Below, piece by piece: positions 25,280-37,700 of a DNA stretch of 64,000 nucleotides. The position numbers were made by a program, and so were the translations under genes. Source of the DNA: Eledone cirrhosa (lineage: Eukaryota). The stretch covers positions 297,662,001 to 297,726,000 of the forward strand of contig OZ024743.1 in assembly GCA_964016885.1 (NCBI GenBank), given 5' to 3'. The notes beneath the pieces are model-generated. The model searched no databases, was not told the DNA's origin, and saw only the letters and a program-made list of their open reading frames with translations. Numbering within the stretch: position 1 is the stretch's first letter; each line of letters starts with the position of its first letter.

Positions 25280-28200
25280 TTACAGATATATACTCAGAGT
25301 AGGCCCATTCACTCGGGCCATTCTTGCTTCTCTCACCCATCTTTCAACAAAATGCTGGGAAGAGAGCACTTCCCTCTCTACTCTGATTTTCCTTTTCAAA
25401 TGAAATTTGAAAAAGTCAATCAGAGCATCACCGAAGAGGTAAGTGCTCGTCTTCAGCCCTTTCAAACGTGTCCACCATACTATCTCTTTCGCCATGGCCA
25501 CCAGACAGATAAAAACTGCCTGCCCTTCCCGGCTAAAGGAGGAGGGCGGGGCAATCCTCACGATGGACTCAGATGATAGCTGGATCCGTCCTAAACGCGA
25601 CAGCAGGTGTTCGACATAAACCCACAAGTCAGCAATTTTCGGACACTGGACGAGTGCGTGCAGGACGGTTTCGTCGCCCTGCGCGCATCTCGGACATGCC
25701 CGGCTCACGGCACCTCCATGCCTGTAGAGTTTATCCCGAACTGGCAAGGCTCCTCGGTAGCACTGCCAGGCCAGAGATTTCTGGAAGTTGTCCATAGGCC
25801 CCGGCCCGAAAGTTCTTCCGAAGAGATTGGCTAGTTGATTTTCGTCGACGCCTAGAGTTTCCCCAAGTACGTCGTCGCTCTTACCCTCCACTAATCCTCT
25901 ATAGAACGCCGAGGTGGAGTTTCCACCGATCACATTGCCCGATTGGTCGAGGGCTGTGAGCGCCTGAAGACATTCCAGTCTCCAGGCGCTCCCTCTCGGT
26001 CTTCGCTTGACCCAGGACTGCAGCTCCGTCAAGGAAACGAGCTGGGGAAATACGCGCCTAGCAAACGGCGACCACACCTGATCACCGTCGAGGAAGAGGT
26101 GGAGATGTCGTAGCCTGAGCGCGTGCCTGCGCATCATCAGCCACGGCATGCCCAGCCCTCCACGTAGCGGGTGTTGACAACAGATGGACCGCCTGACCAT
26201 CGGAGCACGTCCCTTCCACAAAAAGCGAAAGAGCAAACGCTCCAGCGCAGTCAGGCGAGGCTTAGGACAAGGTACGACGGTCAGGCGGTAGCAGATGACA
26301 GACGCGATGTACGCGTTAGCCACCTCCGCTCGACCTTTCAGGGATAGCTTCCTCTCCGCCCATTTCTGGGTGAGAGAAGCCCCCCTTCTCGTCACCTCGT
26401 CCCAGTTTTTGTCCGTCTGGAGGTCCGGACCGAACCAGACCCCTAGCAATTTAACCGGTCCGTCCGTCCAGCGTCCGACGACGCTGTTGGACGGCATGGA
26501 CCTGCCTCTCCAGGTGCCGCCGAGCTGCAGGCCCACTGACTTTTCCTGGTTGATCATTGCTCCTGTCACCGCTTCGTATTCTCTTAGTGTAGTGCCGATC
26601 GCCTCGATGTGTTTGGCGTTCGACACCACTACGGTGACATCGTCCGCATATGCTGACACGGATCTTCCGCATCCTAGTTCGCGCGGGACTCCCCTCAACG
26701 TCTCCAGTTTGTGCAGTAATGGCTCGAGAGTCAATACGTACAAGAGGGACGAGAGGGGACATCCTTGGCGGACCGAGCGCATGATGTTGAACGGTTCCGA
26801 CAGGTGACCGTTCACTCTCACCACAGAGCAGATGTCGCTGTGCATGGCAGCGATCCAGCCTCTGAAGACGGGCCCAAAGCCAGCCGCCCTCAGGACTGCC
26901 GCTAGGTAACGATGGTCGACCCTATTGAAAGCTTTCGACTGATCTAAATTGATCAAGGACCCACCCGTGCCAGGTTCCCTAGCTACCCTCTCTACGATGT
27001 ATCGCATGAGGTGGAGGTTGTCGTGGATGGATCTGTCGGGAATGGCGCATGTCTGCGCCTCTCCCACCAGACCACCAACGACAAGCGTCAACCTCTTTGC
27101 TAGCACCTTGGCCAAAATCTTAAACTCTGTGTTTAGCAGAGTTATGGGCCGGAAATTTTCTATGTTATCCCCCTTGTTCGGATCCTTTCTCAGCAGTGCC
27201 ACCGCTCCTCGGCTCACAGAACTGGGAATTCTCCCGTTCTGTTGCCAGTTGCAGTAGACGTCCGCCAAGAGGCCTCCGAACAAGTCTGGCATCTGTACGT
27301 AAAGTTCATAGGGCAGACCATCGAAACCAGGCGATTTACCCCTTGTGCAGCCAGTCATTGCCTCCCTTACTTCAGCGGCTGTTATCGGCTTTTCGCAACA
27401 CTTCGCCTCAGTGGCCGAGAGCCGCGGCAGTCCGTCGAGGTAGACACTAAAGTCCATCCCTCTACCCGGCCCACCGCTGCCCCCGAACAGCTGATCGAAG
27501 TGTCGCTGAAAAGCTTCACACATTTTCCCGGGATCGAGTAGCATGCGCCCGTCGTGGTCCACCAAAGACCGGATCGTGGCTTTGTTGCCACGACGCGCCT
27601 CCGCCACTCGGGCCCATTGAACGGCTTTCGTCCCCTCGTGTCTGAGAGCACGCACCCTTGCTCTGACAACGCAGCCTTCGTGCTTTGCATTGAAGAATTG
27701 GTCAAGGGCCAATTTCGCCGGAAGCACGTCGGTCGCAATGCCTTTGCTAAGCGCCTCGTCTAATTTTCTAACTAGTTCTCCCTCTGCTCTATTTTTCTCT
27801 ATTGCTAAAGCCTTACTAAACCTAATCGATTCTATTCTAATCGCTCTTTTCAGAGCAAACCACCACTTGTTGTTGACGATGGCCCCCGTCAACGCCCGCT
27901 TAACTAGTTCGCTAATCCGGTCTCTGTAGGCCTTGCGCGCTGGTAAGGACGCGTTTAGCTTCCAGTAGCCGGGTCCTCGTCTATGAAGCCTATCTAAGTC
28001 AAGCACACAGATCACGAATTTGTGGTCCGTGTAGCTGACTATCTTGAATTGTGGACAGGCCATGCTAGACCTATCTATTTCCCTACAAAATACTCTATCT
28101 AGATATGATCTGGATGACCCTATGCGGTTTGTCCAAGTCCACATTGGCACATTCGGGAAATCCAATCGGTACCTGTCAGACAGTTCAAAACGCCTGAGCA

Positions 28201-28702
28201 GGTTGGTGAGGCTCTTGCACCCTCCACCCCTATCCGCTAATCCCACACAGTTCCAGCGTGCATCTAAGATCCCGTTCCAGTCGCCCACTAACACTAAAGA
28301 GCGGGACGTTCCAAGAAAGGTCTCCAGACGCCGGAAGAAATCAGGCCGCCCTGCTCCTGTCGGGGCATAGACGGCCACTAGCCTGAAAGCTTGCCCGTCT
28401 CCGCTGGTCACGTCCAGCACCACCAGCTTACCCTCTGGGTCCAGGAAGATGGCCCGTATGGCGAGATCCAAACCTCTCCGAAAAAGCACAGCAACTCCTC
28501 CACCGGATCCAGGACGGCTGGGAGATGCGTACACATCGTAGCCGCCGAAGATCGGTGCGAAGGCCCGTGCTTTGGAGATTCTGGTCTCGCTGATGGCCAC
28601 TACATCTATGTTTGGTGACCTGAGGTCGTTGAGCAGGTGACTCTGCTTCCATGACGACCCCAAGCCAAGCGCATTTATGCTGCCTATTCTGAGTGAGGTC
28701 AT
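25280..28702 (-). CDS. Tx1 ORF2p: APE endonuclease, reverse transcriptase, C-terminal Cys/His motif (1140 aa)
   Basis: Open frame with ISETR, GDWN, YTDH, GPGYWKLN, QGCPLS, YADD and CPRC..H..C. It has substitutions at conserved sites relative to copies 6 and 7 (NALG, GFDG, AFNR). Confidence 0.9.
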   Translation of the reverse strand: MTSLRIGSINALGLGSSWKQSHLLNDLRSPNIDVVAISETRISKARAFAPIFGGYDVYASPSRPGSGGGVAVLFRRGLDLAIRAIFLDPEGKLVVLDVTSGDGQAFRLVAVYAPTGAGRPDFFRRLETFLGTSRSLVLVGDWNGILDARWNCVGLADRGGGCKSLTNLLRRFELSDRYRLDFPNVPMWTWTNRIGSSRSYLDRVFCREIDRSSMACPQFKIVSYTDHKFVICVLDLDRLHRRGPGYWKLNASLPARKAYRDRISELVKRALTGAIVNNKWWFALKRAIRIESIRFSKALAIEKNRAEGELVRKLDEALSKGIATDVLPAKLALDQFFNAKHEGCVVRARVRALRHEGTKAVQWARVAEARRGNKATIRSLVDHDGRMLLDPGKMCEAFQRHFDQLFGGSGGPGRGMDFSVYLDGLPRLSATEAKCCEKPITAAEVREAMTGCTRGKSPGFDGLPYELYVQMPDLFGGLLADVYCNWQQNGRIPSSVSRGAVALLRKDPNKGDNIENFRPITLLNTEFKILAKVLAKRLTLVVGGLVGEAQTCAIPDRSIHDNLHLMRYIVERVAREPGTGGSLINLDQSKAFNRVDHRYLAAVLRAAGFGPVFRGWIAAMHSDICSVVRVNGHLSEPFNIMRSVRQGCPLSSLLYVLTLEPLLHKLETLRGVPRELGCGRSVSAYADDVTVVVSNAKHIEAIGTTLREYEAVTGAMINQEKSVGLQLGGTWRGRSMPSNSVVGRWTDGPVKLLGVWFGPDLQTDKNWDEVTRRGASLTQKWAERKLSLKGRAEVANAYIASVICYRLTVVPCPKPRLTALERLLFRFLWKGRAPMVRRSICCQHPLRGGLGMPWLMMRRHALRLRHLHLFLDGDQVWSPFARRVFPQLVSLTELQSWVKRRPRGSAWRLECLQALTALDQSGNVIGGNSTSAFYRGLVEGKSDDVLGETLGVDENQLANLFGRTFGPGPMDNFQKSLAWQCYRGALPVRDKLYRHGGAVSRACPRCAQGDETVLHALVQCPKIADLWVYVEHLLSRLGRIQLSSESIVRIAPPSSFSREGQAVFICLVAMAKEIVWWTRLKGLKTSTYLFGDALIDFFKFHLKRKIRVEREVLSSQHFVERWVREARMARVNGPTLSIYL

Positions 28703-28737
28703 GTTTAAAATACAGTGGAAAAGATGGGAAAGACCAC

Positions 28738-30609
28738 TTACCGTACTTTTGGTAGAGGAGGGATGGTTTTTACATCCCTTTTCACTTGATCGTCTGGTGA
28801 AGGGACCGTTGAATCGTCCCTTCGGCTGGTCGTCGGCTCTTCTAAGAGAATGTCTGAGTATACTCTTCGATTGATGGTTCCTCCTAGGTCCCTGAAATCA
28901 CCAACTGCGTTGGGGAATTTCGTTTTAATGTTTGTGTATTGTTTCTGTGCTTGTGGTGGTGGTGTTGAAGGTGTTGTTGGCGGTGGGGTTGTCGCCGGTG
29001 TTGATGGTGGTGCTAGTGTGGGTGGTGATGGTGTTGGTGTTGTTGCTGCTGTGGGTCTCTTTGCAGTAGACTTTACCCTTTTCTCATTTCTTTCCTCCCT
29101 TTTCAAAGGCGACGATGCGCTGCTTCTGCGTTTGTGCCTTCTTATGACCTTTTGCCATCCCTCTCCCACCTCACACTCCATGTCTGATTCTGTGAGGTCG
29201 GGGAGGGGTACCAGCTCCACTCTTTCACTTGTTGTTGTTGGTGATGTTTGCACTGGAGTCTCTGTTGCAGCTGCATTTGGTATTGCTGTTGTTGTTGTTA
29301 ATATTTCCACTGCTGCTGCTGTTTTTGATTTCCGTGGAGTGGGTATGGGTGCCACGGGCCTATCGTTCCTGGTTGCCGCTTGTCCTGTTGCTGGTAGCCG
29401 TGGAGCCGGATTCGGAAGGAGGGGGGTTTTCTCCTTTCTCAGGGTCTTCTCGTTGCAGAAGGCCCTGAGGTGAGTCTTCGATCCACAGCGAAAGCATTTC
29501 GGGCGTTTGCCCTCAACACTTATGGGCAGTTGAGTGCCGTTATCGAAGTCTATCACATCCGGGATAGCTTCGATGCACTCCTAGTTGGTTTGGATTAGCA
29601 TTTCAATGGAGGAGCCGACCCAATCTTCTCTTACTTTTTTCTGTACTTGCAGTACAGTTGTTTTGTCCTCGATTCCGACGAGGACAGACGCGGCCAGCCA
29701 AGAAGGGGTCATTCCGGGGGGGACGTGGGTCAGTTTGACCCTCACAATTTTTTGCCCGCAGTAGGAGGGCACCAACACCATTTCCTCGCTCCTTAGGGTC
29801 ACTACTGATTGGGCCTTTGCCTCCTGGGGTGTGGCAAAAAGTACGTCTACGGTGGCATATTTTTTGCCTCGGGTGATGTGCGTTTTCCGCTGCCACACAG
29901 ACCCCAAGGCTTTTTGTATTTGGGCCTCTGTGGCTCTTTCCACCCTACGGGATTTTGTACTTACTGTACGGTACGTGACCGTACAGTGCTCTTGGGTTTC
30001 GAAAAATTTTTCCGCTGCCTTGCAGATTGCTCGGTGTCCGTTCTTTGTCACCATCTTCTTCGCTTCCTCTAATTCCTCATTTGTTATGAGGATTGTTTCC
30101 AAGTTTTTCGCAATACCTGCAAATGAGATTGGTTTTTCTCTGCTGTTGTTGTTGTCGTCAGAGCTGCTGGTACTTTTGTTGCTGCAGGTACTACGACTAC
30201 TGCCTCCGCCGCTGTTGCTGTGGTTGTTGTTGGTGTTGCTGCTGCTAATGCTGTTGTTGTTTATGCTGCTGGTGATGCTGTTGCGGCTGCTACTGTTGTT
30301 TTCATTGTCACTGTTGCTGTTGTTATTACGGCTGCTACTGCTATTATTCCTGACGTCAGACGAATGAACTGGGTTTTCGTATTTCCCGCACACCTGTTTC
30401 GTCGCTGTCGTCGTCGTCGTGGAGAAACCTTGCACGCTTTGCACGAGACTTTTCTTTTCTTTCGTCACTTGCGAAAGAGAAGGGAGGGAGAGAGACACAT
30501 TTAAAGAAGGGAGGGAGAGAGACAATCTTCTCTCTGCTGTAGTGATGATTGAGGAAGAAGAAGACGGAATGAGTGGGAGTGACGTATGAAATTTCTTTTT
30601 GGTAGCCAT
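28738..30609 (-). pseudogene. Tx1 ORF1 with a premature stop and an in-frame deletion
   Basis: CAG>TAG at ~29581 and a 222-bp deletion at ~28950 relative to copy 6. Confidence 0.9.
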
Positions 30610-30846
30610 GTTTTTTTGTTTAAAATGAAATTTTGGGTACAAAACCCCAATAACTGGTTATTTAACCCCGAAGGGCCAAACAACGGACAGAAAGACCCCT
30701 CTCACGAGGAGGAGGGTGTCTTTATCAACAATTTGGTTCAAGTTTTAAACAATTTACAATTGTTTTAACGGTTAAAAATTACTATACCTTACAGAGCCGA
30801 GCCTCCGTCAACCATGGCATTCAATAATAATAATAATAATAATAAT

Positions 30847-31029
30847 GCTTTCTTTATTAACCACAAGGGTTTACACAAAGTAGACATTAAGGGCAGTACA
30901 GGACAATAAAGGACGGTACAAATGGGCATTTCTGCGTGTAAAAAAAAACAGAGGATGTAACGAAAAAAGAACAATGAAAAATTCCCCAATAGGGGACACT
31001 TCCGCGGGCCATCGTGGAGAAAGCCCATT
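30847..31029 (-). mobile_element. Tx1-type copy 4: 3'UTR only (severely 5'-truncated)
   Basis: Matches the 3'UTR of copy 2 (19680-19870); (AAT)n on both sides. Confidence 0.9.
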
Positions 31030-31047
31030 AATAATGATAATAATAAT

Positions 31048-31186
31048 TGTTTCTACTTTTGGCACAAGGCCAGTAATTATCCCAGTACGTTACTGGTACT
31101 TTATTTTATCGACCCCGTAAGGTTGAAAGGCAAAGTTAACCTCGGCGGGATTTGAACTCAGATCATAAAGGACGTAACTCTGCTTC
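31048..31186 (-). mobile_element. tRNA-derived SINE, 5'-truncated, inside the AAT array
   Basis: B-box, core and tail present; (AAT)n at 31030-31047 and 31187-31197. Confidence 0.9.
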
Positions 31187-31197
31187 ATAATAATAAT

Positions 31198-34100
31198 GAT
31201 TTCTTTATTGGCCACAAGCGCTGACATCAAGAAAAAACATTACAGACGGCACAGGGCGGTACAGGGCGGTACGCTGTGGGTTTTGTGCCTGTAAAGATTT
31301 TTATTATTTATATAAGAAAAGAAAAAAAGGACATAGACACATATATATATATAAACAATAAAAATGAAAATTGAAACAATGAAAAATTCCCCAATAGGGG
31401 GGAAACATCCGAGGGTTACTCGTGGCGAAAACCAAACAAAAGACCACGGCCACCTTGACCACCAGGGCAAGCGCCCTCTCTCAATTTTTTCCATTCCTCA
31501 AAATACAAGCGTATATTCAGAGCGGTCCCGTTCACTCGGACCATTCTCGCTACATTTACCCACCTTTCAACAAACTTGGTAGAAGGTAGCACTTGCCTCT
31601 CCACCCTGATTTTCCTCTTCAAGTGAGATTCGCCGAAGAGGAAAGTGTCTGTCTTTAACCCTTTCAACCTTGTCCACCACACAATCTCTTTCGCCATGGC
31701 CACCAGGCAGATGAAAACCGTTGCCCTTCCTCCTCGAAGGAAGACAGCGAGACCATCTGCACAATGGACTCAGTCGATAACCGGACTGGTCCTATACGCG
31801 ACAGCAACTGTTCGACATAGCTCCACATGTCAGCAATGCTCAGGCACTGAACGAGTGCGTGCACGACGGTTTCGTCGCTCTGCGCGCATCTCGGACAGGC
31901 TCGGCCGACGACACTTCCGTTCCTGTAGAGCTTATCTCGAACCGGCAAAGCTCCCCGGTAGCACTGCCAGGCTAGGGATTTCTGGAAGTTATCCATAGGC
32001 CCTGGGTTGAAAGTTCTCCGGAAGAGAGCAAACAGCTGATTTTCTTCGACACCCAGGATCTCTCCGTGAACGGCGTCGCTCTTCCCCTCCACTAGTTCTC
32101 TATAAAACGCTGAGGTGGATGTTCCGCCGATACTGGTGCCCAGCTAGCAGAGGGTAGTGAGCGCCTGGAGACATTCCAATTTCCAAGCGCTATACCTCGG
32201 TCTTTTCCTGACCCAGGACTTCAGCTCCGTCAACGAGAGGAGCTGTGGGAAAATGTGCCTGGCAAACGGCGACCACACCTGTTCACCGTCAAGGAAGCAC
32301 CAGAGATGTCGCAGCCTCAGTGCATGTTTGCGCACCATCAGCCATGGCATGCCCAGTCCTCCACGCAACGGGTGTTGAGAGCAGATGGATCGTCTGACCA
32401 TGGGAGCGCGTCCCTTCCACAAAAAGCGGAAGAGAAGGCGCTCCATTTTGGTGAGAGTTGGGCCGGGGCAAGGGACGACGGTGAGGCGGTAGCAGATGAC
32501 GGATGCGATGTACGCATTCGCCACCTCCGCCCGGCCTTTCAGGGACAGCTTCCTCTCGAACCATTTCTGGGTGAGGGAGGCCACCCTGCTCGTCACCTCG
32601 CTCCAGTTTTTCTCCACCTGGAGGTCCGGGCCGAACCAGACTCCGAGCAATTTAATCGGTCCTCCCGTCCAACGCCCTACGACGCTGTCGGACGGCATGG
32701 ACTTGCCTCTCCAGGTGCTGAGCTGCAAGCCCACCGACTTTTCCTGGTTCATCTTTGCTCCTGTCACCGCTTCGTATTCCTTGAGAGCAGTGCCGAGCAT
32801 CTGGACGTGTCTGGTGCTCAACACCACCAAGGTGAAGTCGTCGGCGTAAGCCGACTCGGATTTCCCGCATCTTAGTTCGCGTGGGACGCCCCTCATCGCC
32901 CCCAGTTTGTGCAGTAACGGCTTGAGAGCCAATACGTACAAGAGGGACGAGAGGGGACAACCCTAGCGGACTGAGCGCATGATGCTGAACGGCTGCGACA
33001 GGTGACCCTTCACCCTCACAACTGAGCAGATGTCGCTGTGCATTGCAGCGATCCAACTCCTGAAAACGGACCCGAAACCGGCTGCCTCGAGGACCGCCCC
33101 CAGGTACCGATGGTCGACGCTATCGAATGCTTTGGATTGATCCAAGTTGATCAGGGCCCCACCCATGCCAGGTTCTTTAACCACCCTCTCTACAATGTAT
33201 TGCATGGGGTGGAGGTTGTTGTGTATGGATCTGTCTGGAATGGCGCATGTCTGCGCCTCTCCCACCAGACCCCTGACGACAAGCGCCAACCTCGTTGCTA
33301 ACACCTTGGCCAAAATCTTGAACTCTGCGTTTAGCAGGGTTATGGGCCTGAAATTATCGATAACATCCCCCTTGTTCGGGTCTTTTCTCAACAGCGCCAC
33401 CGTTCCCCTGCTCACAAAACTGGGAATGCTCCCGTTCTGTTGCCAGTTGCAGTAGACTTCTGCCAAGCGGTCACCGAACAAGTCTGGCATAAATGCATAA
33501 AGCTCGTAGGGCAGACCATCCAAACCTGGCGATTTACCCCTCGTGCATTTGCCATCGCTTCCCGTATTTCACCGGCTGTTATTGGCTTTTCGCAACACTG
33601 TGCTGTGGTCGTCGAGAGCCGAGGCAGTCCGTCGAGTATGCACTGATTTCCATACCCCGATCCGGCCTGCCGCTGCTCCCGAACAGTTCAGCAAAGTGCT
33701 GCTGAAAAGCCTCACACATCTGCTCGGGTTCGAGCAACACGTGCCCGTTTTGGTCAGATAAAGACCGAATTGTGGCTTTGTTGCCACGTCGCGCCTCTGC
33801 CACCCGGGCCCATTGGACGGCTTTTGTACCCTCGTTTTTCAGAGCACGCGCTCTAGCTCTGACAACGCAGCCTTCGTGTTTTGCGTTGAAGAATTGGTCG
33901 AGTGCCAATCTCGCTGCAAGCACGTCGGTTGCGATGCCTGTCCTAAACGCCTCTTCTAGCTTTCTGACTAGCTCTCCCTCTATTCTATTTTCCTCTATCA
34001 CTACTCCTCTATCACTACTCCTCTATCACTACTAAACCTAATCGACTCTACTTTAATTGCCCTTTTCAGGTCGAACCACCACCTGTTGTTGACGACCGCT

Positions 34101-34387
34101 CCCGTCAACGCCCGCTTAACTAATACGCTAATCCAGTCTCTGTAGGCTTTGCGCGCCGGGAAAGATGCGTTCAGCTTCCAGTAACCGGGTCCTTGTCTAT
34201 GAAGTTTGCCTATGTCGATCTCACAGATCACAAATTTGTGGTCTGTGTAGTCGACTATTTAAATTGTGGACAACTTATACTAGCCTTATCTAGTTCTCTG
34301 CAGAATACCTTACCTATCGAGATACGATCTGGATGACCCGATGCGGTTTGTCCATTTCCACATTGGCACATTCGGGTGATCCAGTCG
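31198..34387 (-). mobile_element. Tx1-type copy 5 (lineage C), 5'-truncated within APE, degraded
   Basis: Frameshifted ORF2 pieces (GPGYWKLN, FRPITLLN, YADD, CPRC); distinct 3'UTR ending CGCTTGTGGCCAATAAAGAAATC(ATT)n. Confidence 0.9.

Positions 34388-34443
<56 letters not shown>
34388..34443. repeat. (AAT)n spacer
   Basis: Direct reading. Confidence 0.95.
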
Positions 34444-34445
<2 letters not shown>

Positions 34446-34705
34446 TTTCTTTATTAACCACAAGGGTTTACATAAAGTAGACATTAAGGACAGTGCAGGA
34501 CAATGCAGGACGGTACAAATGGGCATTTCTGCGTGTAAAAAAACAAAAACAGAGGATGTAACAAAAATAACAATGAAAATAACAATGAAAAATTCCCCAA
34601 TAGGGGGGAGACTTCGGAGGGACATTTGTGGAGAAAGCCCAGTAAAAAGCCACAATGACCCTGACCACCAAGGCAAGTGCCCTCTCCCAGTTTTCCACCT
34701 TTAGT

Positions 34706-37700
34706 TTACAGATATATACTCAGAGTCGGCCCATTCACTCGGGCCATTCTTGCTTCTCTCACCCATCTTTCAACAAAATGCTGGGAAGAGAGCACTTCCT
34801 TCTCTACTCTGATTTTCCTTTTCAAATGAAATTTGAAAAAGTCAATCAGAGCATCACCGAAGAGGTAAGTGCTCGTCTTCAGCCCTTTCAAACGTGTCCA
34901 CCATACTATCTCTTTCGCCATGGCCACCAGACAGATAAAAACTGCCTGCCCTTCCCGGCTAAAGGAGGAGGGCGGGGCAATCCTCACGATAGACTCAGAT
35001 GATAGCTGGATCCGTCCTAAACGCGACAGCAGGTGTTCGACATAAACCCACAAGTCAGCAATTTTCGGACACTGGACGAGTGCGTGCAGGACGGTTTCGT
35101 CGCCCTGCGCGCATCTCGGACATGCCCGGCTGACGGCACCTCCATGCCTGTAGAGTTTATCCCGAACTGGCAAGGCTCCTCGGTAGCACTGCCAGGCCAG
35201 AGATTTCTGGAAGTTGTCCATAGGCCCTGGCCCGAAAGTTCTTCCGAAGAGATTGGCTAGTTGATTTTCGTCGACGCCTAGAGTTTCCCCAAGTACGTCG
35301 TCGCTCTTCCCCTCCACTAATCCTCTATAGAACGCCGAGGTGGAGTTTCCACCGATCACATTGCCCGATTGGTCGAGGGCTGTGAGCGCCTGAAGACATT
35401 CCAGTCTCCAGGCGCTCCCTCTCGGTCTTCGCTTGACCCAGGACTGCAGCTCCGTCAAGGAAACGAGCTGGGGAAAAACGCGTCTAGCAAACGGCGACCA
35501 CACCTGATCACCGTCGAGGAAGAGGTGGAGATGTCGTAGCCTGAGCGCGTGCCTGCGCATCATCAGCCACGGCATGCCCAGCCCTCCACGTAGCGGGTGT
35601 TGACAACAGATGGACCGCCTGACCATCGGAGCACGTCCCTTCCACAAAAAGCGAAAGAGCAAACGCTCCAGCGCAGTCAGGCGAGGCTTAGGACAAGGTA
35701 CGACGGTTAGGCGGTAGCAGATGACAGACGCGATGTACGCGTTAGCCACCTCCGCTCGACCTTTCAGGGATAGCTTCCTCTCCGCCCATTTCTGGGTGAG
35801 AGAAGCCACCCTGCTCGTCACCTCGTCCCAGTTTTTGTCCGTCTGGAGGTCCGGACCGAACCAGACCCCTAGCAATTTAACCGGTCCGTCCGTCCAGCGC
35901 CCGACGACGCTGTTGGACGGCATGGACCTGCCTCTCCAGGTGCCGAGCTGCAGGCCCACTGACTTTTCCTGGTTGATCATTGCTCCTGTCACCGCTTCGT
36001 ATTCTCTTAGTGTAGTGCCGATCGCCTCGATGTGTTTGGCGTTCGACACCACTACGGTGACATCGTCCGCATATGCTGACACGGATCTTCCGCATCCTAG
36101 TTCGCGCGGGACTCCCCTCAACGTCTCCAGTTTGTGCAGTAATGGCTCGAGAGTCAATACGTACAAGAGGGACGAGAGGGGACATCCTTGGCGGACCGAG
36201 CGCATGATGTTGAACGGTTCCGACAGGTGACCGTTCACTCTCACCACAGAGCAGATGTCGCTGTGCATGGCAGCGATCCAGCCTCTGAAGACGGGCCCAA
36301 AGCCAGCCGCCCTCAGGACTGCTGCTAGGTAACGATGGTCGACCCTATCGAAAGCTTTCGACTGATCTAAATTGATCAAGGACCCACCCGTGCCAGGTTC
36401 CCTAGCTACCCTCTCTACGATGTATCGCATGAGGTGGAGGTTGTCGTGGATGGATCTGTCGGGAATGGCGCATGTCTGCGCCTCTCCCACCAGACCACCA
36501 ACGACAAGCGCCAACCTCTTTGCTAGCACCTTGGCCAAAATCTTAAACTCTGTGTTTAGCAGAGTTATGGGCCGGAAATTGTCTATGTTATCCCCCTTGT
36601 TCGGATCCTTTCTCAGCAGTGCCACCGCTCCTCGGCTCACCGAACTGGGAATTCTCCCGTTCTGTTGCCAGTTGCAGTAGACGTCCGCCAAGAGGCCTCC
36701 GAACAAGTCTGGCATCTGTACGTAAAGTTCATAGGGCAGACCATCCAAACCAGGCGATTTACCCCTTGTGCAGCCAGTCATTGCCTCCCGTACTTCAGCG
36801 GCTGTTATCGGCTTTTCGCAACACTTCGCCTCAGTGGCCGAGAGCCGCGGCAGTCCGTCGAGGTAGACACTAAAGTCCATCCCTCTACCCGGCCCCCCGC
36901 TGCCCCCGAACAGCTGAGCGAAGTGTCGCTGAAAAGCTTCACACATTTGCCCGGGATCGAGTAGCATGCGCCCGTCGTGGTCCACCAAAGACCGGATCGT
37001 GGCTTTGTTGCCACGACGCGCCTCCGCCACTCGGGCCCATTCAACGGCTTTCGTCCCCTCGTGTCTGAGAGCACGCACCCTAGCTCTGACAACGCAGCCT
37101 TCGTGCTTTGCATTGAAGAATTGGTCAAGGGCCAATTTCGCCGCAAGCACGTCGGTCGCAATGCCTTTGCTAAGCGCCTCGTCTAATTTTCTAACTAGTT
37201 CTCCCTCTGCTCTATTTTTCTCTATTGCTAAAGCCTTACTAAACCTAATCGATTCTATTCTAATCGCTCTTTTCAGAGCAAACCACCACTTGTTGTTGAC
37301 GATGGCCCCCGTCAACGCCCGCTTAACTAGTTCGCTAATCCGGTCTCTGTAGGCCTTGCGCGCTGGTAAGGACGCGTTTAGCTTCCAGTAGCCGGGTCCT
37401 CGTCTATGAAGCCTATCTAAGTCAAGCACACAGATCACGAATTTGTGGTCCGTGTAGCTGACTATCTTGAATTGTGGACAGGCTATGCTAGACCTATCTA
37501 TTTCCCTACAAAATACTCTATCTAGATATGATCTGGATGACCCTATGCGGTTTGTCCAAGTCCACATTGGCACATTCGGGAAATCCAATCGGTACCTGTC
37601 AGACAGTTCAAAACGCCTGAGCAGGTTGGTGAGGCTCTTGCACCCTCCACCCCTATCCGCTAATCCCACACAGTCCCAGCGTGCATCTAAGATACCGTTC

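Larger units (their letters stand above)
25017..30822 (-). mobile_element. Tx1-type copy 3 (lineage B), full length, ORF1 disrupted
   Basis: Same 5' and 3' ends as copies 6 and 7; (AAT)n on both sides. Confidence 0.95.
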
